DNA of 56,321 nucleotides from contig JAZRTS010000163.1 of assembly GCA_045652135.1 (NCBI GenBank), forward strand, positions 1 to 56,321, in the 5' to 3' direction. This stretch comes from Eubacteriales bacterium. GTDB lineage: Bacteria; Bacillota; Clostridia; Oscillospirales; CAG-272. Below are positions 40,379 to 48,440 of the stretch, piece after piece (the stretch's first letter is position 1; every line of letters starts with the position of its first letter). The notes below the pieces were generated by a model. The model did no database searches and had not been told where the DNA came from. It saw only the letters and a program-made list of their open reading frames with translations. Position numbers and translations under genes: made by a program.

Positions 40379-42004
40379 TTAATATTTTCTTTTTATTTTA
40401 TGTGTTGTGGTTTTTGTAAAGCCGTCCTTTCTCACGGTAACCTTTTTTATTCTTTTGTAAGCAGGCAAAAGCCTGTTTATGCTACGAACGGCTTCGTTTA
40501 TGACGGATTTTATCTCTTCCTCACTCACAACGGATTTTTTTAGCCTTGCCTTCACCACCGCCTCATCGGGCACAACCTCACAGCTGACAATATCCCCCTT
40601 TTCGCCGTAAACAAGGCTCTCTGCAATAAAGGGACTTTTGTTCAGACGGGTTTCAAGCTCCTCGGGATAAATATTTTTACCGTTTGCCGTAACAATCACA
40701 TTCTTGCACCGTCCGCTTATACGGTATCTGCCGTTTTTATCCCTGTAGCCCAGATCTCCCGTACAAAACCAACCGTCACGGAAGACCTCATCGGTAGCCT
40801 TCTGATTTTTATAGTAGCCAAGCATGACCATGGGACCCTTGACAAGAATTTCTCCTACACCCTTTTCGTCGGGCGAGTCAATTTTAATTTCAGTTTCACC
40901 CAGGGGGCGTCCTACGGTATCTGTTGATCTGTCGTCAATGCTGTTGCAGATTACAATGGGAGAGCATTCCGTAAGCCCGTAACCGATGAGCACCCTGAAG
41001 CCGAAAAGCTCAAAATCGCGGACAACCTCCGACTGTACTGCCGCCGCACCTACTACAATTTTTTCAAGCCTTCCGCCAAAGAAGGATTGAATGTCACCGA
41101 AAAGCTTTTTCTTTTTTTCGTCACTTACCGCAGAGGACATGAGTGCCGCCAGACGGAATTTCTGCCTTAAGCCCTTGCTTTCAATTTCAGCGACAATTCT
41201 TTCGTGAAGCTTTTCAAGTATAAGCGGCACGGTCACAAAAACCGTGGGAGAAAAAAGCTCAAAGCTTTTACCAAGGTATCTTATTCCGCCGCAAAAGGCA
41301 ATACAGCCGCCACAGTAAAGCATCATCAGAAGGGCTATTGCTTCATAGGTGTGGTGAAGAGGCAGAAGAGAAAGTGAACGGTCATTTTCACCCACTCTGA
41401 TATTATCCCTCACAAGGTAAAGGTCGCTGCACAGGTTGTGGTTTGAAAGCATAACGCCCTTGGCGTTCCCCGTTGTACCGGAGGTGTAAAGCAGCACCGC
41501 AAGCGCTCTCGGGTCAATGTCCGCTTCAAGGGTAAAGCCCTCTTTTTTCAGTGTCTCACCCTCGCAGATAAGAGGATAAAAGCCCTGTTGAGCATCATCA
41601 AGGGTGATGTAAGCTATATCCTTTTCTTTATTCAGCTTTATGAAGCTGTTTTTGTCGCACACGACGGCTCTTACCCCTGCCGCACGGAGAATTTCGCCTG
41701 CATCCTCTCCCGAAAGCTCTCTGTCAACGGGCACAGCCACAATCCCTGCCGAAAGGCAAGCAAGATAAGCCACACACCATTCGTAGCAGTTAAAGGCAAT
41801 GATGCCCACCTTTTCATTATGCAGCTTCAGCTTATGCAAAAATACCAGAGCCAGACTGTCCACATCATTTTTCATCGTTTCATAGGTTATTTCCTTTACC
41901 TTCCCCTCCTTGTCAAGAAAGGTAAAGGCAGTATTCTGCCCGAATTTTTTCGCGCTTTTTTCAATTATTTCTCTTACCGTTACGGGTCTGTACAAAAAAA
42001 TCAC
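40379..42004 (-). CDS. AMP-binding enzyme (long-chain acyl-CoA synthetase-like)
   Basis: The LLYTSGTTGNAKGV AMP-binding signature, plus GYGLTE and TGDLG blocks. The start (GTG at 42004) is uncertain. Confidence 0.8.
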   Translation of the reverse strand: MIFLYRPVTVREIIEKSAKKFGQNTAFTFLDKEGKVKEITYETMKNDVDSLALVFLHKLKLHNEKVGIIAFNCYEWCVAYLACLSAGIVAVPVDRELSGEDAGEILRAAGVRAVVCDKNSFIKLNKEKDIAYITLDDAQQGFYPLICEGETLKKEGFTLEADIDPRALAVLLYTSGTTGNAKGVMLSNHNLCSDLYLVRDNIRVGENDRSLSLLPLHHTYEAIALLMMLYCGGCIAFCGGIRYLGKSFELFSPTVFVTVPLILEKLHERIVAEIESKGLRQKFRLAALMSSAVSDEKKKKLFGDIQSFFGGRLEKIVVGAAAVQSEVVRDFELFGFRVLIGYGLTECSPIVICNSIDDRSTDTVGRPLGETEIKIDSPDEKGVGEILVKGPMVMLGYYKNQKATDEVFRDGWFCTGDLGYRDKNGRYRISGRCKNVIVTANGKNIYPEELETRLNKSPFIAESLVYGEKGDIVSCEVVPDEAVVKARLKKSVVSEEEIKSVINEAVRSINRLLPAYKRIKKVTVRKDGFTKTTTHKIKRKY

Positions 42005-42055
42005 CGCCTGTTGTCATATATCAATATGATTAACAAAAGGCGGCTGATTATTCAA

Positions 42056-43960
42056 TTATTTAACCTTGTAAACATTTGCTTCAAAGGGAGCAAGTGTGTC
42101 TGTCTTTGTGCTGTTTATATTTGAAATTACCTTTTCAAAAGCCTTGACGGAAACAGGTCTCTTTTTCGGCTTATCGGTAAGATTCATTTCAATAAAGAAG
42201 GTTCCGTCCTCACCCCTTCTGTAGTAGCAGAGAACATCCTTCCAATCTGATTTTGCAAGCTCAAAATCGCCGTAAACAAGGGCAGCGTTTTCGTGTCTGA
42301 GCTTTGTCATGCTGCGGTAGAAATTAAGCACGGAGAAGCGGTCCTTATCCTGGGACTCAACATTGATGCGCTCAAAGTTGCCGATGGTCTTAATCCAGGG
42401 AGTGCCTGTTGTGAAGCCTGCGTTTTCATCCTTTGTCCAGCACATGGGAGTTCTGCCGTTATCACGGCTGCCTGCACTGACAACCTCGAAGACCTTGTCA
42501 GATGCCTCACCTTTTTCAATAAGCTCGTTATAGTAGTTGATTGACTCAACATCGCGAAGCTCACTCATGTCCTTGAAGTCGGCGTTACACATACCGATTT
42601 CCTGTCCCTGATAGATAAAGGGACAGCCCTTCATTGTAAGCTGCATTACTGCAAGAAGCTTGCTGAGCTCATTTCTGTAAAAGCCGTCGGGGCAAACCTT
42701 GCTTGTCATTCTTGTTGTGTCGTGATTTTCAAAGAAAACTGTAGGCCAGCAACGATTGCCGTAATTAAGCTGCCAGTTAACAAGCTCCTTTGCCATGGGA
42801 CGAAGGTCATACTTATACTTAAGGAAGCGCTTTTTGCCGGGATTTTCCACATGGTCGAAGGAGAAAACAACGCTCAGCTCCTTGCGGTAGTCACCTGTCA
42901 TAAGCTTACTCATTTCAATACCTGTGCCCTGACATTCACCGACGGTGAAGGCATCGTACTTATTGAAGGTGTTTTCTGCCATTTCATGAAGATACTTATG
43001 AAGCTTCGGGCCATAGAAATAGTTTTCAACACCTATTACGCCCATCATAGAGCCGATAGTGCTGTTGCCGTCGGGAAGACCGTCAACCTTGGAAATAAAG
43101 CTGATAACATCAAGACGGAAGCCGTCAACACCCTTGTCAAGCCACCAGTTTATCATTTTGTAAAGATCTTTTCTGAGAGCTTCGTTTTCCCAGTTGAAGT
43201 CCATCTGCTTTTTTGAGAAAAGGTGCAATGCCCATTGCTTGCGCTCGGGATAATAATTCCATGCCGAGCCGCTGAAAATTGAATTCCAGTTATTGGGAGG
43301 TGTGTTTTCGTCACCGTCACGCCAGATATAGTAATCCTTGTAGGGAGAGTCGGGGTCGCTTACACTTGATTTAAACCACTCGTGCTCATCGGAGCTGTGG
43401 TTGATAACAAGGTCCATGATGATTTTCATGTCTCTGTCATGAATACCCTTTACAAGCTCGTCAAAGTCCTCCATTGTGCCGAACTCTTCCATGATTTTCC
43501 TGTAATCGCGGATATCGTAGCCGTTGTCATCGTTGGGAGAATCATACATGGGGCTGAACCAGATTGCATCCACACCGAGAGCCTTGAGATAATCAAGCTT
43601 TTCGGTAATACCCTTTATGTCACCGATTCCGTCACCGTTGCTGTCCTTGAAGGAGCGGGGATAAATCTGATAAAACACCGCTTCCTTCCACCACTTTTTC
43701 TCAATGGGGGCATCGTCCATAAGCGGCTTATCCTTTTCAATGTTAAGTATACCCAGAAGTGAATCAACAAAGCTGTCGTCAATTTTTCCGCCTGTAAGCT
43801 TCTGCAAAGCGCCAAGGGTAAGCTTTGAAAGCGGACCCTTTTTAAGCACATCACCGCTCATGCCTACCTGATAAAGCGCCTTCATAATAATATCGTGTCC
43901 TGCAGGTGTTGCAAGAATTTCTCCCAAGGGCGTTTTTCTTGTAATTTCAATGTTTGCCAT
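42056..43960 (-). CDS. GH13 alpha-glucosidase / oligo-1,6-glucosidase with an ~88-aa N-terminal extension
   Basis: WWKEAVFYQIYPRSF, GVDAIWFSPMY, DGFRLDV, and FFENHD blocks. The ATG at 43960 lies 9 nt after AAGGAG. Confidence 0.85.
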   Translation of the reverse strand: MANIEITRKTPLGEILATPAGHDIIMKALYQVGMSGDVLKKGPLSKLTLGALQKLTGGKIDDSFVDSLLGILNIEKDKPLMDDAPIEKKWWKEAVFYQIYPRSFKDSNGDGIGDIKGITEKLDYLKALGVDAIWFSPMYDSPNDDNGYDIRDYRKIMEEFGTMEDFDELVKGIHDRDMKIIMDLVINHSSDEHEWFKSSVSDPDSPYKDYYIWRDGDENTPPNNWNSIFSGSAWNYYPERKQWALHLFSKKQMDFNWENEALRKDLYKMINWWLDKGVDGFRLDVISFISKVDGLPDGNSTIGSMMGVIGVENYFYGPKLHKYLHEMAENTFNKYDAFTVGECQGTGIEMSKLMTGDYRKELSVVFSFDHVENPGKKRFLKYKYDLRPMAKELVNWQLNYGNRCWPTVFFENHDTTRMTSKVCPDGFYRNELSKLLAVMQLTMKGCPFIYQGQEIGMCNADFKDMSELRDVESINYYNELIEKGEASDKVFEVVSAGSRDNGRTPMCWTKDENAGFTTGTPWIKTIGNFERINVESQDKDRFSVLNFYRSMTKLRHENAALVYGDFELAKSDWKDVLCYYRRGEDGTFFIEMNLTDKPKKRPVSVKAFEKVISNINSTKTDTLAPFEANVYKVK

Positions 43961-44091
43961 TTTCTTCATCTCCTTTTTTATATAATAAACCAAAAAAACT
44001 TCATTTACAATAATTTGTACTAAAATATTTGACTTTTTATCATTGAATATATAATATTAAAGGTGTAAAAATCATACTGGAGGTAATTATT

Positions 44092-44757
44092 ATGGAAATT
44101 AAAGATATACTTTCAAGGGTAGACCATACGGTTTTAGGTCAGGCCGCCACATGGGACGATATAAAGACACTTTGTGATGACGGAATAAAATACGGCTGTG
44201 CAAGTGTATGCATTGCACCCGCCTTTGTTAAAAAGGCAAAGGAGTATGTCGGCAATGACCTTAAAATCTGCACGGTAATCGGCTTTCCCAACGGCTACAA
44301 CACTACAGCGGTGAAAGCATTTGAAACTGCTGATGCAATAAGCAACGGCGCTGACGAAATTGATATGGTTATTAACATCGGCATGCTCAAGGAAAAGAGA
44401 TACGGCGAAATTCTTGAAGAAATCAACGCTGTAAAGGCAGCATGCGACGGCAGACTTTTAAAGGTAATTATTGAAACCTGCCTTCTGACCGAGGAGGAGA
44501 AAATTGAAATGTGCCGCATCGTTTCCGAATCAGAGGCAGACTACATCAAAACCTCAACAGGCTTTAGTGCAGGCGGTGCCACCAGAGAGGACATTGCCCT
44601 TTTCAAGGCAAATGTTTCCGATGTGACACTCATCAAGGCGGCAGGCGGCATTTCAAGCTTACAGGATGCCGAGGATATGCTTAAGCTGGGCGCATCAAGA
44701 CTCGGCACAAGCAGAATTGTCAAGCTTGTCAAAAATGAGGTCGGCGAAGGATATTAA
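44092..44757 (+). CDS. deoC: Deoxyribose-phosphate aldolase
   Basis: 221 aa. The Schiff-base lysine context is DYIKTSTGF. The promoter is TTGACT at 44029-44034 with an AT-rich -10 near 44050. Confidence 0.9.
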   Translation: MEIKDILSRVDHTVLGQAATWDDIKTLCDDGIKYGCASVCIAPAFVKKAKEYVGNDLKICTVIGFPNGYNTTAVKAFETADAISNGADEIDMVINIGMLKEKRYGEILEEINAVKAACDGRLLKVIIETCLLTEEEKIEMCRIVSESEADYIKTSTGFSAGGATREDIALFKANVSDVTLIKAAGGISSLQDAEDMLKLGASRLGTSRIVKLVKNEVGEGY

Positions 44758-44893
44758 GTGAGGTCCGAGGACCCTTTAAACGCAAACAATATCTCCCGTG
44801 GGAGATGTCGGCAAAGCCGACAGATAGCATTACAATGCGTCGCAGACCCTCAATTATTCACTATTCATTATTCATTAAAACAGGAGAAAAGCT

Positions 44894-45613
44894 ATGAACA
44901 CTCCCCACATAAATTTACTTGATAATATCGGCTTTGCAAAAACTGTGCTTATGCCGGGCGACCCGTTAAGAGCAAAAATGATTGCGGAAACCTTCCTCGA
45001 GGATGCCGTTCTCATCAATAATGTAAGAAATATCCAGGGCTATACAGGCTATTATAAAGGACACAAGGTATCCGTTATGGCAAGCGGTATGGGTATGCCC
45101 TCAATCGGCATCTACTCCTACGAGCTTTTTAAATTCTTCGGTGTGGAAAACATTATCCGCATCGGCTCTGCAGGCGGAATAGGCGAGGGTATAAAGCTGC
45201 GCGATGTTGTTGCAGGTATAGGCGCAGACACAAACTCCTCATTCATGAAGCAGTACGGAGTAACAGGCACTCTTGCCCCCACCTGCTCCTATGAGCTTCT
45301 CAGCACAGCCGACGAATGCGCAAAGGAAATCGGCATTGAGCTTAAAATAGGCAACCTCTTCTCCTCGGACACCTTCTACGATGCGGACGAAAGCTGTCTG
45401 AAAAAATGGGCAGCGGCAGGCTCACTTGCAGTTGAAATGGAGGCCGCCGCGCTTTATCTGAATGCAAAGCACCTCAGAAAAAGAGCACTCGCAATCTGCA
45501 CAATCTCCGACCTTCCCTTCACAGGTGAGGCATGCTCCGCCGAGGAGAGACAGAACACCTTCACCGACATGATGAAAATTGCCCTTGAAACAGCGGTGAG
45601 GTTTGACAAATGA
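44894..45613 (+). CDS. deoD: Purine nucleoside phosphorylase, DeoD type
   Basis: 239 aa with VLMPGDPLRAK, GMGMPS and AVEMEAAAL blocks. Confidence 0.9.
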   Translation: MNTPHINLLDNIGFAKTVLMPGDPLRAKMIAETFLEDAVLINNVRNIQGYTGYYKGHKVSVMASGMGMPSIGIYSYELFKFFGVENIIRIGSAGGIGEGIKLRDVVAGIGADTNSSFMKQYGVTGTLAPTCSYELLSTADECAKEIGIELKIGNLFSSDTFYDADESCLKKWAAAGSLAVEMEAAALYLNAKHLRKRALAICTISDLPFTGEACSAEERQNTFTDMMKIALETAVRFDK

Positions 45614-46782
45614 GCATCCGCCGTGTATTTCTGATTATACTTGACTCCTTCGGCATTGGTGAAATGAGGGATTCTCACCTTTACGGTGACGAGGGAAGCA
45701 ACACCCTGCGCTCCTGCTTTTCACAAAAGGAATTTCATGTGCCCAACATGAAAAGGCTGGGACTTTTTAACATTGACGGAGTCAACCTCGGCCAAAAGGA
45801 AGAAAGCCCTATCGGCGCCTACGGACGCTTCAGCGAAATGAGCAAGGGTAAGGACACCACAATAGGTCATTGGGAAATTGCAGGCATTGTTTCCGATGTT
45901 CCCCTGCCCACCTATCCCGAGGGCTTTCCCCGGGAGATATTACAGGAGTTCAGCGAAAAAACGGGCAGAGGTATTCTTTGCAATAAGCCCTACTCAGGCA
46001 CAAAGGTGCTTGAGGATTACGGCAGAGAGCACCTTGAAACAGGCAAGCTCATTGTTTACACCTCCGCAGACAGCGTTTTTCAGATTGCGGCACACGAAAG
46101 CCTTGTACCGCCCGAAAAGCTTTACGGATACTGCCGTATTGCAAGGGAGATACTCAAGGGCAGCCACGGTGTAGGCAGAGTTATCGCCCGTCCCTTTGAG
46201 GGAGAATATCCCCACTTTAAAAGAACAGCAAACCGCCACGATTTTTCCCTCGAGCCACCCAAGGACACCCTCATTGATGTGCTGACAAAAAACCGCCTTG
46301 AGGTTATTCCTATCGGCAAAATTTATGATATTTTTGCGGGCAAGGGCATGAAAAAATCCAACCCCACCCGTTCAAACAGCCACGGCATGGAGCTGACGGA
46401 AAAAGCGCTGGAAAGTGATTTTCACGGGCTTTGCTTTACTAATCTTGTGGATTTTGACATGGTTTACGGTCACCGTAACGACGCCACAGGCTATGCCAAG
46501 GCATTGAGTGAATTTGACCTGTGGCTCGGCTCATTCATGGAAAAAATGAAGGTCGACGACCTTCTTATGATTACCTCCGACCACGGCTGTGACCCGCTCA
46601 CACCAAGCACCGACCATTCAAGAGAGCATACACCCCTGCTCGTTTACGGCAAAAGAGTAAAGCCTGTCAATCTCGGCACAAGAAGCACCTTTGCTGACAT
46701 CGGCAAAACAATCGAAGACATTTTCGCTCTTAAGTCAGACATCTGCGGCGAGAGCTTCAGAAATAAAATTACGGGAGAATAA
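45610..46782 (+). CDS. deoB: Phosphopentomutase
   Basis: 390 aa with LDSFGIGE, TSDHGCDP blocks. Its start overlaps the deoD stop as ATGA. Confidence 0.9.
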   Translation: MSIRRVFLIILDSFGIGEMRDSHLYGDEGSNTLRSCFSQKEFHVPNMKRLGLFNIDGVNLGQKEESPIGAYGRFSEMSKGKDTTIGHWEIAGIVSDVPLPTYPEGFPREILQEFSEKTGRGILCNKPYSGTKVLEDYGREHLETGKLIVYTSADSVFQIAAHESLVPPEKLYGYCRIAREILKGSHGVGRVIARPFEGEYPHFKRTANRHDFSLEPPKDTLIDVLTKNRLEVIPIGKIYDIFAGKGMKKSNPTRSNSHGMELTEKALESDFHGLCFTNLVDFDMVYGHRNDATGYAKALSEFDLWLGSFMEKMKVDDLLMITSDHGCDPLTPSTDHSREHTPLLVYGKRVKPVNLGTRSTFADIGKTIEDIFALKSDICGESFRNKITGE

Positions 46783-46786
46783 AAGC

Positions 46787-47179
46787 ATGACAAATGCAGA
46801 GCTTATTTCAAAAGCAAAGCAGGCGGCTGAAAACGCCTATGCCCCCTACTCACATTTCACGGTGGGTGCGGCACTTTTAGCAAAAAGCGGCAGGATTTAC
46901 CTTGGCTGTAACATTGAAAACGCAGCCTTCGGCCCAACAAACTGCGCTGAAAGAACTGCCTTCTTCAAGGCGATAAGTGAGGGTGAGCGCGACTTTGAAA
47001 AAATTGCAATAGTCGGCGGAAAAGAACAGGATTTTGCCGACTACTGTCCACCTTGCGGAGTTTGCCGTCAGGTGATGGGTGAATTCTGCAGCGACGGGTT
47101 CACAGTCATTCTCGGCAAAAACGGTGACGATTACAGGGAGCTTACTCTCGGTGAGCTTCTGCCCTGCAGATTTGAATAA
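46787..47179 (+). CDS. cdd: Cytidine deaminase
   Basis: The ATG at 46787 lies after GGGAGA. CAERTA and PCGVCRQ zinc motifs. 130 aa. Confidence 0.9.
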   Translation: MTNAELISKAKQAAENAYAPYSHFTVGAALLAKSGRIYLGCNIENAAFGPTNCAERTAFFKAISEGERDFEKIAIVGGKEQDFADYCPPCGVCRQVMGEFCSDGFTVILGKNGDDYRELTLGELLPCRFE

Positions 47180-47340
47180 GCAGCACTTTAAACCACACAT
47201 AAAAGCCCCCTCGGACACAAAATTCCGAAAGCTTTGAGAGAGTCAGTCCTGCGATTGTGTAAGCTTTTTTTCATAAAAGTGATGACTTGTTGCTTTTTTT
47301 GTGGTAGAATACCTTGAAAATAAAATTCAGGGTGACAAAA

Positions 47341-48309
47341 ATGAAAATAGGTAACATTGAAATAGACAGCCGCACAGCGGCACTTGCTCCCATGGCGGGA
47401 GTTGCCGATAAGGCATTCAGAGAAATCTGCGTTTCCTACGGCGCTTCCTACGTTGTCAGCGAAATGGTCAGCAGTAAGGGACTCACCATGTGCGACAGAA
47501 AAAGCAAAAAGCTCCTTTCCCTTTCAGAAAAGGAGCGCCCCGCCGCAGCACAGATTTTCGGCAACGACCCGGAAATTATGGCACAAAGTGCAAGGGCGTG
47601 CCTCGATTACGCGCCCGACGTAATTGACATCAACATGGGCTGTCCCGCGCCCAAAATTGCAGGCAACGGCGGCGGAAGTGCACTTCTGAAAACTCCCGAC
47701 CTCGCCGAGGAAATCATGAAAAGCGTCAGGTCCGCTGTTGATATTCCCGTTACGGTAAAAATCCGTCTTGGATGGGACAAGGATAGCATCAACTGTATTG
47801 ACATGGCACAGAGAGCAGAAAGAGCAGGCATGTCCGCCGTGACTCTCCACGGAAGAACACGTCAGCAGATGTATGCACCCCCTGTCGACCTTGAAATGAT
47901 TGCCCGCGTAAAAGAAAGCATCGGCATTCCTCTTATCGGCAACGGTGACATCACCGACGGAGTTTCTGCCGCAAGAATGCTTGAAGAAACAGGCTGTGAC
48001 TACCTTATGGTCGGCAGAGGTGCTCTCGGCAGACCCTGGGTTTTCAGCCAGATAAATGCCTACCTTCAGCAGGGAATCATTCTCCCCGAGCCGCCTGTAA
48101 GCGAAAGAATGCTCGTGATGATTAAGCACATTAAGCTTATCTGTGAATACAAGGGTGAGCGCATCGGCATCAGAGAGGCGCGAAAGCACGCCGCCTGGTA
48201 CATCAAGGGTATCAAGGGTGCTGCCGCCTACCGTCAGCAGGTCGGCGCACTTGAAAGCATTGAGCAGCTTGAAGAAATGGCATTCAGAATTGTTAAGGAG
48301 AACAGCTGA
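47341..48309 (+). CDS. dusB: tRNA-dihydrouridine synthase
   Basis: LAPMAGVAD, DINMGCP, and LHGRTR blocks. The ATG at 47341 is preferred over the TTG at 47314. Confidence 0.85.
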   Translation: MKIGNIEIDSRTAALAPMAGVADKAFREICVSYGASYVVSEMVSSKGLTMCDRKSKKLLSLSEKERPAAAQIFGNDPEIMAQSARACLDYAPDVIDINMGCPAPKIAGNGGGSALLKTPDLAEEIMKSVRSAVDIPVTVKIRLGWDKDSINCIDMAQRAERAGMSAVTLHGRTRQQMYAPPVDLEMIARVKESIGIPLIGNGDITDGVSAARMLEETGCDYLMVGRGALGRPWVFSQINAYLQQGIILPEPPVSERMLVMIKHIKLICEYKGERIGIREARKHAAWYIKGIKGAAAYRQQVGALESIEQLEEMAFRIVKENS

Positions 48310-48352
48310 CGGGAAAAAACCGAATCGCATCACCTTGATTATAGTTGACACC

Positions 48353-48383
48353 CAAAGCGGACAGATGAATTTCTGTCCGCTTT
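48353..48383 (+). terminator. Intrinsic terminator of dusB
   Basis: 12-bp stem aaagcggacaga/tctgtccgcttt followed by T residues. Confidence 0.8.
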
Positions 48384-48409
48384 TCATATACAATTTTCAT
48401 ATACAATAA

Positions 48410-48436
48410 AAAGCACCGCCTAAAAAAGGCGATGCT
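48410..48436 (-). terminator. Intrinsic terminator of mutS2
   Basis: aagcaccgcc/ggcgatgctt stem with one mismatch and a U-run on the minus strand. Confidence 0.7.
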
Positions 48437-48440
48437 TCTT

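Noticed and set aside
47524-48393. 289-aa minus-strand ORF antisense to dusB.
   Set aside because: It lies entirely within a gene carrying clear Dus family motifs, extends through the dusB terminator, and has no RBS or recognisable domain.
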